Positions 12,460-23,832 of a stretch of 64,000 nucleotides of DNA are shown here, one piece after another. A model generated the notes under the pieces. It was not told the origin of the DNA. It searched no databases and was given only the letters and a program-made list of their open reading frames with translations. The position numbers were made by a program, and so were the translations under genes. The stretch's first letter is position 1; every line of letters starts with the position of its first letter. This DNA is from Candidatus Scalinduaceae bacterium. GTDB lineage: Bacteria; Planctomycetota; Brocadiia; Brocadiales; Scalinduaceae. The DNA is taken from contig JBHICG010000005.1 of assembly GCA_046759445.1 (NCBI GenBank), positions 1 through 64,000 of the forward strand, written 5' to 3'.

Positions 12460-14661
12460 ATGGTTAGGGTAAATAAACTAGCTAGTGAATTAGGTATCAA
12501 AAGTGGTTTTTTGATAGAAAAATGTCAAGAATACGGGCTTGTAAATATCAAACACCATGCAAATAATTTAACGGACGAACAGATAGATTTATTACGCAGT
12601 AAGTTAGTGGGAGGGGTTGCAAAAGATGTTTCTGTTAAAGAAGAAATACCTGTTTCTAAAATTGACAAGGTCATTGCTGGAGAAGAAACTGAAGAAGTTG
12701 TTAAAGTCATATCGACTGAGACAGCTTTAAAAGAAAGAAGACATATTCCGCTTTGGAAGAAGAGAGCGAGAGAAGATTTAATAAAAGGTAGATGGAAAGA
12801 GATAAAGAAGGTTTCGTTACCTAAGAAGGTAAAAAAGTTTGAGAAGCGGACAAAAGAACTTCCTAAAGTTAAAAAACATATTCTAGAGAAGAAAAAAGAA
12901 AGTAATATTACAATAGAATTGCCAGCTTCAGTTAAAGACGTTTCAAAGATTTTAGGTATTAGGGCTGGTGACATAATATCAAAATTGCTAATGGAACACA
13001 ATATTTGTGTTACTATAAATCAGGCATTAGATAGAGGCGTTATAGAGATGATAGGGTTGGAGTATGATGTCGAAATAGAGGTAAAGGAAGCAAAAAGTAT
13101 AGAGGAGGAATTTAAGATTGAGGATGAAATTGAAAGTGCAGACGATTTGAAGCCGCGAGCACCGATAGTAACTTTTCTTGGTCATGTGGATCACGGAAAA
13201 ACTTCCTTACTCGATAGTATCAGAAAGACAAATATTGCATCTAGTGAAGCCGGTGGAATTACTCAACATATTGGAGCCTGCCGGATAGAAACTGATGGGA
13301 AGTCTGTTGTTTTCTTGGACACACCAGGACATGAGGCTTTTACCGCTATGAGAGCAAGAGGAGCAAATATTACAGATTTAGTTGTGCTAGTAGTTGCTGC
13401 TGATGATGGAGTAATGCCGCAGACAGAAGAAGCTATTAATCATGCGCGTGCAGCTAAAGTACCGATTGTAGTTGCAATAAACAAAATAGACAAGCCAGAG
13501 GCAAATGTGTTAAGAGTGAAACAACAGTTATCATCTTTAGGTTTGAATCCTGAAGATTGGGGTGGGAAAGTTCAGATGATTGAAACATCTGTTATGACTA
13601 AGAAAGGTCTTGATGCCCTTTTAGACGGGTTATTATTAGAAGCAGAGATGCTGGAATTAAAGGCTAATCCAAAGAAATTGGCTAGAGGCGTTGTATTAGA
13701 AGCGCAAATTCATGAGGGTAGAGGCGTTATTGCAAATCTTCTAGCATTGGATGGTGTTCTGCGTCGGGGCGATATTGTTCTTTGTGGTCAAGCGCAAGGT
13801 AGAGTTAGAGCTATATATAATGATCGTGGAAAAGAGATAAAAGAGGCGGGTCCTTCGACTCCTGTTGCAATATCGGGATTGTCCACTTGTCCAGAAGCTG
13901 GTGATAAGTTCTATGTTGTCAAAAATATTCAAAAGGCCAGAGAACTTGCAATGGAACGACAAAAGAAAATTCGAGAAGTATTTCTAACCGGACGTCAACA
14001 TGTTACATTGGACAATCTGTATAAAAGGATCGAAGAAGGATATGTTAAAGAAATTAGAATAATTGTAAAAGCAGATTATAAAGGTTCTGTAGAGGTGCTC
14101 AAAAAATCCCTTGAAGAACTATCAACTAAAGAAGTTAGGATTAGAATTTTACATAGTGGTGTTGGTGGAATTACGGAGACTGATGTTCTTCTTGCGGATG
14201 CTTCTGATGCAATAATAATTGGTTTTCATGTAGTTCCGGAAGAGAGAGCAAGTATTCTTGCAAAAGAAAGTGGAGTAGATATAAGGTTATATAAGGTTAT
14301 ATACGATGTTACAAACGACATAAAGGCTGCGATGGAGGGTATGTTAGAACCTGAAGAGGTTGAGCAAACAGTTGGAAAAGTAGAGATAAGGCGGGTTTTT
14401 AAGGTGTCTAAAATTGGTAATATTGCAGGTTGCTATGTAAAAACTGGCAAGATAATGCGTAATTCATTGATAAGGCTGATACGAGATAATGTGGTTTTAT
14501 GTGATGGAAAACTTGCAACATTAAGAATTCTTAAGGAAGACGTTAAAGAAGTAAAAGCAGGATATGAGTGTGGAATTAAGCTTGCAAAATTTGATGATAT
14601 CAAAGTTGATGATATAATAGAAGCCTATGAAGTTCAAAAGGTTGCACGTACTTTAAGTTGA
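12460..14661 (+). CDS. infB: Translation initiation factor IF-2
   Basis: [34 protein letters not shown]. Confidence 0.98.
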   Translation: MVRVNKLASELGIKSGFLIEKCQEYGLVNIKHHANNLTDEQIDLLRSKLVGGVAKDVSVKEEIPVSKIDKVIAGEETEEVVKVISTETALKERRHIPLWKKRAREDLIKGRWKEIKKVSLPKKVKKFEKRTKELPKVKKHILEKKKESNITIELPASVKDVSKILGIRAGDIISKLLMEHNICVTINQALDRGVIEMIGLEYDVEIEVKEAKSIEEEFKIEDEIESADDLKPRAPIVTFLGHVDHGKTSLLDSIRKTNIASSEAGGITQHIGACRIETDGKSVVFLDTPGHEAFTAMRARGANITDLVVLVVAADDGVMPQTEEAINHARAAKVPIVVAINKIDKPEANVLRVKQQLSSLGLNPEDWGGKVQMIETSVMTKKGLDALLDGLLLEAEMLELKANPKKLARGVVLEAQIHEGRGVIANLLALDGVLRRGDIVLCGQAQGRVRAIYNDRGKEIKEAGPSTPVAISGLSTCPEAGDKFYVVKNIQKARELAMERQKKIREVFLTGRQHVTLDNLYKRIEEGYVKEIRIIVKADYKGSVEVLKKSLEELSTKEVRIRILHSGVGGITETDVLLADASDAIIIGFHVVPEERASILAKESGVDIRLYKVIYDVTNDIKAAMEGMLEPEEVEQTVGKVEIRRVFKVSKIGNIAGCYVKTGKIMRNSLIRLIRDNVVLCDGKLATLRILKEDVKEVKAGYECGIKLAKFDDIKVDDIIEAYEVQKVARTLS

Positions 14662-14709
14662 TGACTCGTTTATACAAGGTAATGGTTAAAAAGCTGATGA
14701 ACATATGTT

Positions 14710-14991
14710 ATGGTGATAGGAACTTTAAACATTAGGATGGTGATTAGAAGTTCTTGTTCTTTAAAAGATAAACGTCGCATAATTAAAAGTTTAAAGGATA
14801 GAATTAGAAATAAATTCAACGTCTCAATTTCTGAAACTGATGCACAAGATAATCATAAATATTCTATAATCAGTGTTGCAATGGTAGGGGCAGATAGACA
14901 ATACATAAATAGCACTTTATCATTACTTATAAATTATTTCAGGTATTTCCCGAAGATTGAATTAGTAGATTATGAACTGGAATTAATTTAA
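14710..14991 (+). CDS. DUF503 (YlxP-like) protein
   Basis: SLKDKRRIIKSLKDRIRNKFNVSISE motif; located between infB and rbfA. Confidence 0.85.
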   Translation: MVIGTLNIRMVIRSSCSLKDKRRIIKSLKDRIRNKFNVSISETDAQDNHKYSIISVAMVGADRQYINSTLSLLINYFRYFPKIELVDYELELI

Positions 14992-15005
14992 TAGAATATA
15001 ACATA

Positions 15006-15353
15006 ATGACAAGAAGAATAGAAAGGGTTGGAGAAATTATTAAACAGGAGGTCAGTAAAATTATTTTATATAAATTAAATGACCCCAGAATAAATTTAGT
15101 AACAGTGACTAAAGTGAAACCTTCTCCTGATCTTAGGACGGCAAAGATATATGTAACTATGAGTGGTAATGAATCGGAACAAAATAGGACTCTAGATATT
15201 CTTAAGCGTGCAAAGGGATATATTCAGTCGGAAATAACATTACGTTTAAAAATGAGATTTACACCATCATTGTCTTTTTATCTGGATGATACAGAGAGAA
15301 AGAGTAGCCATATTTTAAAATTGATAGAAAAAGCGGTAGATAAAGATAGGTAG
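15006..15353 (+). CDS. rbfA: Ribosome-binding factor A
   Basis: RIERV...DPRI..VTVT.V..SPDL..AKIYV; MRFTPSLSF. Confidence 0.93.
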   Translation: MTRRIERVGEIIKQEVSKIILYKLNDPRINLVTVTKVKPSPDLRTAKIYVTMSGNESEQNRTLDILKRAKGYIQSEITLRLKMRFTPSLSFYLDDTERKSSHILKLIEKAVDKDR

Positions 15354-15381
15354 TATTATAAAGTCCTGAGGTTTAAAAATT

Positions 15382-16254
15382 ATGAAAAAATTACGTTTAG
15401 GGATACCAAAAGGAAGCTTACAAGAAGCTACGATTGACATGATGAAAAATGCCGGTTATAGGGTGTATGTCAGCAGTAGGTCATATTATCCTACAATTGA
15501 CGATGACGAATTGTCGATAAGGTTGATCCGTCCGCAAGATATGTCACGTTATGTTGAAAAAGAAATCGTGGATGCTGGTATTACTGGTCAAGATTGGGTG
15601 GAAGAGGCAGGCTCTAATGTGAAATGTCTTGAGAAACTAATATATGCAAAACAAAAATTAACAAAGGTTAGGTGGGTTCTTGCTGTACCTGAAAATTGTT
15701 CCATCGAATCAGTAAAGGATCTTCAGGGCAAGAAAATAGCAACAGAATTAGTAAATGTGACTAAACGGTATCTTGAGAAAAACGATGTTCAAGCTGAAGT
15801 TGAGTTCTCACATGGTGCTACAGAAGCAAAGGCTCCAGACCTTGTTGAAGCAATTGTAGAATTGACGGAGACTGGTAGCAGTCTAAAAGCTAATAAACTT
15901 CGCATCATCGATACTGTGACGGAGTCTACTACTGTGTTTATTGCTAATTTCGCATCATGGGAAAAACCATGGAAAAGACAAAAAATAGAAAATTTGGCAG
16001 TATTATTCCAGGGAGCTGTAATTGCTCGTGACAAGGTTGGGTTGAAAATGAATATATCGAATAAGGGTTTAGATGTCTTACTAGAGAAACTACCAGCTCT
16101 GCGAAAACCTACAATTTCTCATCTTGCAGAAAGTGCTGGTTATGCTGTAGAGACGATTTTAGACGAATCTGTGGTTAGAGACATTATTCCAGAGCTAAAA
16201 CGGATTGGTGCTGAGGGAATAATTGAATATCCACTCAATAAAGTTGTGCTTTGA
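15382..16254 (+). CDS. hisG: ATP phosphoribosyltransferase (long form)
   Basis: GIPKGSL, DAGITGQDW, GATEAK, ELTETGSSL, C-terminal regulatory domain. Confidence 0.95.
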   Translation: MKKLRLGIPKGSLQEATIDMMKNAGYRVYVSSRSYYPTIDDDELSIRLIRPQDMSRYVEKEIVDAGITGQDWVEEAGSNVKCLEKLIYAKQKLTKVRWVLAVPENCSIESVKDLQGKKIATELVNVTKRYLEKNDVQAEVEFSHGATEAKAPDLVEAIVELTETGSSLKANKLRIIDTVTESTTVFIANFASWEKPWKRQKIENLAVLFQGAVIARDKVGLKMNISNKGLDVLLEKLPALRKPTISHLAESAGYAVETILDESVVRDIIPELKRIGAEGIIEYPLNKVVL

Positions 16255-16378
16255 CCAAAACCAGATCCTTTGTTTTATACCTTGACAGTTTAGATTGTGA
16301 AAAACAGATTGATTAATATTCCCAAATAGTACTTTGTGTTGAATTTTCCTATTCGTAAAAATATTGAGGTAAAGTACA

Positions 16379-17974
16379 TTGAAAACAAAAATTATAATTG
16401 TTTTGCTGTTTTTTGTGTTTGTTTTAGAGTTTAGTTGTGAAATAACTTTAGCAGAGTCAAAGGGAAACGATAAATTCAACTCTTTATATAATAATGATAG
16501 GATTTATGCGAATTTTTGTACTGGATTCTATTTAATGTTAGAACACCGTTGGAAAGAGGCGATAAAAGTTTTCAAAAATGCTTTAGAGATAAATCCACAA
16601 GCAGTAAAAATACATAATTATTTAGCAACATGTTACTTTCAAGTGGATGAAAAGGACAAGGCCTTATTCCATATTGAGAAGGTTGCACAACTTAAGCCTG
16701 GTGATTTTGGCATTCATTATACACTTGGCAGTATATACGAGAATGAGGGTGAAGAGAAAAAAGCTGTTTCAGAATATGAATGGGCTAGTGGTTGTGTGAC
16801 GGAAGAAATTGATGAAGTTTTTGTAACTGATATGTTACACCGTTTGGCAAATCTTTATTTGAAAAATAATGATTTGGAAAAGGCAGTGGACTCATATAAA
16901 AAAATACTTGACGCCAAATTAACAAACGAACCTGCTAGAATTCATTACAAATTGGGTCAAATTTACTTTGCGAAGAAAAGAATTGAAGATGCAATAGAAG
17001 AATTTGTTAAAACCAGAAATTATGATTTAAATTTTGAATCTATAAGTTTTTATATTGCTTCTTGTTATGAAGAGTTAAAGGATTATGATAAAGCGATTAA
17101 TGAGCTAACATCTTATATTGAAAGACATACTGATGCCTGGTTTATGCGGATTAGCTTGTCTAACGTATATGAAAAAATAAGAGAACATGAAATGGCAGAA
17201 TTAGAACGAGAAAAAGTTTTTGGAATATTGAGAAAAAGTATAAATAGTGGCAGTGGGAATTTAAGGGAATATATTGTGTTGAGTCAACTCTTTCAAAATA
17301 AAGGCAAAAATAAAAAAGCAATTGAAACTCTTAAAGAGGCTATTACAAATGTAAATGTTAGTGAAAAAAATAATGAAGCATTAAAAGAAATACATCTCTT
17401 AATGGCGAACGTATATTACGAGATGAATGAATACGAAAATGTAGTAAATGAATTAGAGAAAGTGTTGCAGATAGATCCTGATTGTCATCAGGCAAGTAAT
17501 TTTCTTGGTTATTTTTTTGTTGAAAGAGGAGAAAACTTGAATAAAGCTTTAAGTCTAATAGAAAAAGCTTTAAGTTTTGAACCTGAAAATGGGGCATATC
17601 TTGATAGCTTAGGTTGGGCATACTATAAGATGGCCGCTAAAGATGATCAAGGAAAATTGGTTTTAGCGTTGCAAAAACTCACCGAAGCTTTAAAATATGC
17701 TGAGGATCCAGAAATTGTTGGTCATATAGGAGATGTATATTACTGCCTTGGTTTTTGGAAAGAAGCACAGAAACAATGGGAAAATGCCTTAAGGTTGTGG
17801 GCAAAAGCAGCTGAAGGATTGCCTACGCATTTAATACACGAAAACTCCCATGAATTGAGGGCTAGAAAAATGATTTCAAAAAAACTTGAAAAACTTAATC
17901 ATTTAAGAATAGTAGAAAATTCAAAGAAAGGACTAAAATCAGGAGAAATAGTTGTTAGTAACCGTAGTCAATAA
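16379..17974 (+). CDS. Exported tetratricopeptide-repeat protein
   Basis: N-terminal hydrophobic signal; several TPR units; NFLGY...YLDSLGWAYY motif. Confidence 0.85.
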   Translation: MKTKIIIVLLFFVFVLEFSCEITLAESKGNDKFNSLYNNDRIYANFCTGFYLMLEHRWKEAIKVFKNALEINPQAVKIHNYLATCYFQVDEKDKALFHIEKVAQLKPGDFGIHYTLGSIYENEGEEKKAVSEYEWASGCVTEEIDEVFVTDMLHRLANLYLKNNDLEKAVDSYKKILDAKLTNEPARIHYKLGQIYFAKKRIEDAIEEFVKTRNYDLNFESISFYIASCYEELKDYDKAINELTSYIERHTDAWFMRISLSNVYEKIREHEMAELEREKVFGILRKSINSGSGNLREYIVLSQLFQNKGKNKKAIETLKEAITNVNVSEKNNEALKEIHLLMANVYYEMNEYENVVNELEKVLQIDPDCHQASNFLGYFFVERGENLNKALSLIEKALSFEPENGAYLDSLGWAYYKMAAKDDQGKLVLALQKLTEALKYAEDPEIVGHIGDVYYCLGFWKEAQKQWENALRLWAKAAEGLPTHLIHENSHELRARKMISKKLEKLNHLRIVENSKKGLKSGEIVVSNRSQ

Positions 17975-18013
17975 TAACAATATTTTTACTTTGATTATGG
18001 AGATAAAAGTGCT

Positions 18014-18772
18014 ATGGCGGGTCATTCACATTGGTCAAGTATAAAGCATAAAAAAGGTGTTGCGGATGCAAAGAAGGGGAAGGTGTTTTCTAAACTTGCA
18101 AAAGCCATAACTTCTGCAGCTAGGCAGGGTGGTGGCAATCCTGAAATGAATATAAAATTGCAATATGTTATAGATAAGGCTAAAGCTGAAAACATGCCCA
18201 AGGATAATATAGAGCGTGCAATACTTAAAGGTACTGGAGAATTAAGTGATGGTTCTGTGCTTTTTGAATGTCTTTATGAAGGTTATGGCCCTAATGGTGT
18301 TGCAATAATGATAGAGATTCTAACTGATAATAAGAATAGGACTGCATCAGAGATAAGAAAGGTATTTGATAGATTTGGGGGAAGCCTTGGTGAATCAGGC
18401 TGCGTTTCATGGATGTTTAAAAAGAGAGGTATGATAGCTATTAATATTGACGATATAGGAGAGGATAAACTGATGACACTTGTACTGGATGCTGGAGGTG
18501 AGGATTTGCAAATTGTAGATGAGAAATATCAGGTTGTTTGTGATACGAAGGATTTTAATAACGTTAAAAATGTATTACAAAGGGAAGGGATAAATATAGA
18601 CACCTCTGAAATTAGCTGGGTTACTAACAACTTAATTGAATTGAATGAAACAACAGCTAGAAACGTTATCTCTCTAATAGAATCATTAGAGAATCATGAT
18701 GATGTTCAAAGCGTTTATGCCAATTACAATCTTTCAAAAGATATATTGAAGGAATTACAAGTTTCTAAATAA
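18014..18772 (+). CDS. yebC: YebC/PmpR family protein
   Basis: MAGHSHWSSIKHKK, YEGYGPNGVA, TDNKNRT, DDVQSVYAN. Confidence 0.96.
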   Translation: MAGHSHWSSIKHKKGVADAKKGKVFSKLAKAITSAARQGGGNPEMNIKLQYVIDKAKAENMPKDNIERAILKGTGELSDGSVLFECLYEGYGPNGVAIMIEILTDNKNRTASEIRKVFDRFGGSLGESGCVSWMFKKRGMIAINIDDIGEDKLMTLVLDAGGEDLQIVDEKYQVVCDTKDFNNVKNVLQREGINIDTSEISWVTNNLIELNETTARNVISLIESLENHDDVQSVYANYNLSKDILKELQVSK

Positions 18773-18791
18773 CAAAAATTACATCGTACTA

Positions 18792-20687
18792 TTATACAGT
18801 GTTTTCTTTTTTAGCTGTTTCTTCTTTATCTGCTTTTTTTAGGTTCATCAATTCAAGAATTTGATCGCTTTCTATCACTTCATCTTCTTCAAGCTTCTTA
18901 GCCAAGAGTTCTAGTTTATCCCTGTTTTTTTCAACTAGTGATTTCGTTTTTAAGTAAGATTCTTTGATTATTCTTGAAACTTCAGCATCAATTTCTATTG
19001 CCGTTTTTTCGCTATACTCTTTTTCTTGGACAAGGTCATGACCGAGGAAGACATTTCCCTGTTGTCTTCCGAAAGTTTGTGGACCAAGTGTGCTACTCAT
19101 TCCAAATTTACATACATAGTTTCGAGTCAGTTTTGACACTCTTTCCAAATCGTTGTGTGAACCAGTGGATAATTCATTAAAGACTATTTCTTCTGCTGCA
19201 CGTCCAGCGAGAAGAACACATATAGTATCCATTATTTGAGATTCTTTAGTTAGGTATTTGTCCTCACTAGGAAGTTGTAATGTATAACCAAGCGCTGCTG
19301 TGCCCCTGGCTATAATTGATACCTTGTGTACAGGATCAGTATTAGGCAACAATGCTGCCACCATGGTATGACCAGACTCATGATATGCAACAATTCTCTT
19401 CTCTTCGTTACTTAACACTCTGCTTTTCCTTTCAGGGCCGGCTATAACTCTTTCTATTGCTTCCTCAAGTTCTCCCATTTCTACAAATTTCTTATCACGT
19501 CGCGCAGCAAGCAGTGCAGCTTCGTTTACAACATTAGCTAAATCAGCACCTGAGAAGCCCGGAGTGCGTTTCGCTATTATTTTAATATCACCATTAGGTG
19601 CCATCTTAACATCTTTTGCATGTACCTTTAAGATAGCTTCCCTTCCGATTAAATCTGGTCTATCAACGGTGATTTGCCTGTCAAATCTTCCTGGGCGGAG
19701 CAAAGCAAAATCTAATATGTCAGGTCTATTAGTTGCTGCAATTATAATTACCGTATTTTGTGAAGAGAAACCATCCATTTCAGACAAAAGTTGGTTAAGT
19801 GTTTGTTCCCGTTCGTCATGACCACCGCCCAGACCTGCACCACGTTGTCTTCCTACACTGTCAAGTTCGTCAATAAAGACTATACAAGGAGCCTTTTGCT
19901 TAGCTTGTTCAAACATATCACGAACTCTTGCAGCTCCCATACCGACAAACATTTCTACAAAATCTGAACCGCTTATAGAGAAGAAAGGGACACCTGATTC
20001 ACCAGCAACAGCTTTTGCTAGAAGCGTTTTTCCTGTCCCTGGTGGTCCTACAAGTAAAACGCCTTTTGGAATCTTACCGCCAAGTTTTTGGAATTTCTGT
20101 GGGAATTTTAAAAACTCTATTATTTCTTTTAATTCTTCCTTAGCTTCATCACAACCTGCAACATCGGCAAAGGTAGTTTTTCGTGCATCTTCCTGAGCGT
20201 ACAATTTAATCTTTGCCTTTCCTAATGACATAAAGGGGGCTCCGATTCCACCAATTCTTTTTGAGATAAAAAACCAGGCTACTGCGATTATGGCGAAGGG
20301 AAAAATCCACCATATTAACATATTCTTAAGGAGATTGTTCTCATACTCACCCTTAAAAATGATGTTGTGTCTTTCCAGCTCATTAACTAATTTAGGATCT
20401 TGTATAGGGATGGTTGTGAATGGAATGGATTTGTCTTTTCCGGACGATGTTTTTTTATAATGTCCCCGGATTATTTTTTCTCCTACAGAGCAATCAATTA
20501 TCTTTCCTTGACTTAAATGTTTTCTAAATTGACTATACGAAATCTCATCAGCTTTCGGTGACATAAACATTTGTATAACATATAATCCAACAAGAAAAAT
20601 AATAAGATAACCTATCGAAAAAGTTGTCTTCTTAGATTTTAGATTTTTAGGTGTTTTCTCTTGAGTTTTTTTATTTATTTTTTTCAT
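18792..20687 (-). CDS. ftsH: ATP-dependent zinc metalloprotease FtsH
   Basis: Two TM segments, [17 protein letters not shown]; start placed at the ATG of MKKINKK (the ORF track extends to 20756). Confidence 0.96.
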   Translation of the reverse strand: MKKINKKTQEKTPKNLKSKKTTFSIGYLIIFLVGLYVIQMFMSPKADEISYSQFRKHLSQGKIIDCSVGEKIIRGHYKKTSSGKDKSIPFTTIPIQDPKLVNELERHNIIFKGEYENNLLKNMLIWWIFPFAIIAVAWFFISKRIGGIGAPFMSLGKAKIKLYAQEDARKTTFADVAGCDEAKEELKEIIEFLKFPQKFQKLGGKIPKGVLLVGPPGTGKTLLAKAVAGESGVPFFSISGSDFVEMFVGMGAARVRDMFEQAKQKAPCIVFIDELDSVGRQRGAGLGGGHDEREQTLNQLLSEMDGFSSQNTVIIIAATNRPDILDFALLRPGRFDRQITVDRPDLIGREAILKVHAKDVKMAPNGDIKIIAKRTPGFSGADLANVVNEAALLAARRDKKFVEMGELEEAIERVIAGPERKSRVLSNEEKRIVAYHESGHTMVAALLPNTDPVHKVSIIARGTAALGYTLQLPSEDKYLTKESQIMDTICVLLAGRAAEEIVFNELSTGSHNDLERVSKLTRNYVCKFGMSSTLGPQTFGRQQGNVFLGHDLVQEKEYSEKTAIEIDAEVSRIIKESYLKTKSLVEKNRDKLELLAKKLEEDEVIESDQILELMNLKKADKEETAKKENTV

Positions 20688-20854
20688 TGTATTGTAAAAC
20701 AAACTATATAAAGAGTTATAATAAACAATTATAAAATAATCCTTATGTGAAGTCAAAGTAAATAAATCTCATGATGTTACAATTTTAAAATGTTAACGGT
20801 TAGCACTTTTTTTGGAATATATATGATTTAGTTTGGGCGTGGACTCTTAAATTA

Positions 20855-20883
20855 TTGACAAAAATCATCAATTAAACTAGAAT
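20855..20883 (+). promoter_or_regulatory. Sigma70 promoter of tRNA-Pro
   Basis: TTGACA-17 nt-TAGAAT. Confidence 0.7.
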
Positions 20884-20940
20884 TTTACCAGGAATTATGA
20901 TTTTTTTGATTTTTTGATCTGGCAAATGATGTTTCTAAAT

Positions 20941-21016
20941 CGGGGCGTAGCGCAGCTTGGCTTAGCGCACTTGAATGGGGTTCAAGAGGTCGCTGGTTCG
21001 AATCCAGTCGCCCCGA
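20941..21016 (+). tRNA. tRNA-Pro (GGG), CCA not encoded
   Basis: CGGGGCG acceptor stem, anticodon arm CTTGA-ATGGGGT-TCAAG, GGTTCGAATCC T-arm. Confidence 0.96.
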
Positions 21017-21659
21017 TTATATAAAAAAAAGGGATTTCCATTATTAGCGTAGTAGTGGCGACTGGGAGTTGAATTTCCCTATTAATGCTGTATGATACCA
21101 ATGCTGGTATTATATTATAAAACTTTTATGTAAAAAATATTTAATATGTGACGATAATTATAAAGAAAAGATGAAGACTCAGCTTGTAATAAACTCAGCA
21201 GTGAATTTCCTATAAAAAAATATTGAATGTTTATTAGGAGATTTCAAGTGAAATTAATATACGACAAGTATTACTACGACTATCATTATGACGATTTTTA
21301 TCCATCTTTTTTAAACCAAAAACCCGCATTATTTAAAAGATATTTGTTGGGCTTGTCTTGTTGTTTTGCGTATTTATGGCATAAAATTATTTTAAATCAA
21401 AAAGGCTCTTTAATGCACGTGTTTAGTAGAATTTTTAAACCTACACAATTATAAAAAAATAAAGAATAGGTTAAAAAAACTACACGACATAACTAAAGAG
21501 CCTTTTTATTTTGACGAAAATGTTATCTGGTTATTTGGTGTTTGACGTGTGATAGTTAGAATGAGAGTTAGCTTACACAACAGGAATATATTGGTGGAAA
21601 ATCCTGTTAATGATGAACGAAGTTAAAGATATTGTTTTTGCAATGCCAATATCGAAAAA

Positions 21660-22118
21660 TTGAAGGAGGATAAATTTTTGGAAGAAGCAAAGATTATACT
21701 TTTAGAAAACGATCCTGACCACGCTGAGTTAATTATTGATATACTTAAGTTTGAAGACATTAAAAATGAAATTATTTTAGTGAAAGATGGACAGGAAGCG
21801 ATAGAATACTTTCAGAAAGAAAAAGTTAATGGTAGCAATGTAAAACAGTTTAAAATTGGCCTAGTTATTTTAGACCTTAATTTGCCAAAAGTAAATGGGA
21901 TTGATATTCTTAAATTTCTAAAAAGTAATCCGCAGTATATCTCAATTCCTGTGGTTGTTTTGTCTGCAAGTTCTGATGAAGAGACCATCAGCAAAGCGTA
22001 TAGTAGCGGCGCTAACGATTATATAACGAAGCCTATTTATTACGAAGAATTTGTTGAGAAGATAAGAGTATTGATGGAATGTCAGTTTAGTTCAAAAAAA
22101 TTGTCAATACTTAAATAA
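21660..22118 (+). CDS. Single-domain response regulator (Rcp1-like receiver)
   Basis: ILLEND, LVILDLNLPKVNG, IPVVVLS, GANDYITKP. Confidence 0.9.
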   Translation: MKEDKFLEEAKIILLENDPDHAELIIDILKFEDIKNEIILVKDGQEAIEYFQKEKVNGSNVKQFKIGLVILDLNLPKVNGIDILKFLKSNPQYISIPVVVLSASSDEETISKAYSSGANDYITKPIYYEEFVEKIRVLMECQFSSKKLSILK

Positions 22119-22217
22119 CAGAAACTGTGTAAAATTTGCATAATGGGAATCAGAACCACCAGAATAAAAAGCCACTAAATCAAGTAAGTTGCAGATAAAT
22201 GTAGAAGATTCCCCTTT

Positions 22218-22722
22218 TTTGAAGTTCTTTACGAAGGCTATGGACCTAATGCTGTTGCAATAATGGTAGACGCATTAACTGACAATAAAAATGGAACAGA
22301 ATCAGAGATAAGAAAGATATTTGAGAATTTAGGAGGATTTCTCGGTGAGTCAGATTGTGTGTCGTGGATGTTTAAAGATAAAGGATTTTAATGACGTTAA
22401 AAATGCATTACGGAGGGAAGGGATTATTTTAGATTCAGCAAAGATTAGTTGGATTCCTAATAGATTTGTTGAATTGGATGAAACAATAGCTAGAAAAACT
22501 ATTTCACTTGTTGAAGCATTAGAGAATCATGATGATGTACGTAGTGTTTATGCTAATTTTAATGTTACAAAAAACCTATTAAGTAATGTTAAGATTAGAG
22601 AAGAAAAAACGAGTATTAAAGAAACATTTACAAAAGAATCTACTGATTTTGACATACAGGGGGGATTTTTAGAAGATTTAGAAACTCCACCTTCTGAAAA
22701 TGATATAAAATCTGAATCATAA
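22218..22722 (+). pseudogene. Truncated, internally deleted and frameshifted second yebC copy
   Basis: Frame 1 [25 protein letters not shown]...[10 protein letters not shown] (stop 22389-22391); frame 2 [10 protein letters not shown]...LENHDDVRSVYAN; both match yebC 18014-18772. Confidence 0.8.
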
Positions 22723-22731
22723 TCATTAAAT

Positions 22732-23754
22732 TTAAGAGAGATTATCCATTTCTGATTTTGGTTCTCGAATCATTAGTTCATTTACAGCCTTCATTGGGTC
22801 TTTATCTTCAAAAAGCACATTATAAACTTCTATTGTTATAGGCATCTCAACATTATGTTTTTCTGCCAATTTGCATACTGACTTTGTTGTTAGTATTCCT
22901 TCAGCAACTTGGTCCATTTCTTCCAATATTTGGGATAATTTTTTACCTTTAGCAATTTGTTTTCCTACTAAACGGTTTCTACCATAAGGGCTAATACATG
23001 TAGTTATTAAATCTCCAAGCCCAGTAAGTCCTGAGAATGTATTTCTCTGGCCACCCATTGCTACACCTAGGCGAGTAATCTCAGCCAACCCCCTAGTTAA
23101 CAGGGCAGCTCTTGAGTTGTCCCCGAAACCAAGTCCATCACAGATTCCAGCCGCAATCGCTATAACGTTCTTGACAGATGCCCCAATTTCAACGCCTATT
23201 ATATCAGGGCTTGTATAAACACGAAAGCGGTTTGTCATAAAGATGTTCTGGATTTCTTCTGCTAGTTTCATATCTTTTGATGCGACAGCAACGGTAGTTG
23301 GCAGTTTTTTTGCCACTTCTTCTGCATGACTTGGACCCAGTAGTAATGCAATAGGCTGTTCACCTAAAACGTCTTTAAGTATTTCACTGCCTCTCATGAG
23401 TGTTTTGTTTTCTATGCCCTTTATTACGCTTACAATTGGTATTCCCTGGTTATAGTGTTTTTTCAAGTTTGTTATGACTTTTCTAACGTAAGGAGTTGGT
23501 ATTGCGACTACTGTAAGGTTGGTTTCGCTTTGTGCATCATCTATGTTTGATGTTATATTTAGGTTATGTGGAATGTTAATGCCTTGAAGGTACTTTGTGT
23601 TTTCCCTTTGTTTCTTTAAAAGCTCTACATAATCGGGAGTGGCGCCCCAAAGAGACACCCTGTATCCCTTGTTGTGAAGTAAAATCGAAAGTGCGGTACC
23701 CCATCCTCCAGCACCTAAGATTGATATTTTTTTTTGATTACCTTGTTTGTTCAT
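22732..23754 (-). CDS. gpsA: NAD(P)H-dependent glycerol-3-phosphate dehydrogenase
   Basis: GAGGWGTAL, GPSHAEEV, KNVIAIAAG, GLGDLITTC. Confidence 0.96.
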   Translation of the reverse strand: MNKQGNQKKISILGAGGWGTALSILLHNKGYRVSLWGATPDYVELLKKQRENTKYLQGINIPHNLNITSNIDDAQSETNLTVVAIPTPYVRKVITNLKKHYNQGIPIVSVIKGIENKTLMRGSEILKDVLGEQPIALLLGPSHAEEVAKKLPTTVAVASKDMKLAEEIQNIFMTNRFRVYTSPDIIGVEIGASVKNVIAIAAGICDGLGFGDNSRAALLTRGLAEITRLGVAMGGQRNTFSGLTGLGDLITTCISPYGRNRLVGKQIAKGKKLSQILEEMDQVAEGILTTKSVCKLAEKHNVEMPITIEVYNVLFEDKDPMKAVNELMIREPKSEMDNLS

Positions 23755-23832
23755 AGAAAATTTAGTTCAACATGTTTTTTAGGTGAGTATGACGCGTTGT
23801 TGTTTTTGGGTAGGAATAGTTTAAAGATAAAT

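Noticed and set aside
21227..21454. 75-aa ORF after tRNA-Pro
   Set aside because: No RBS or recognisable motif; it overlaps the long hairpin and is likely spurious.
20941..22200. Genomic island or prophage integrated at tRNA-Pro
   Set aside because: No integrase, and I saw no duplicated tRNA 3' end (attR) in the window.
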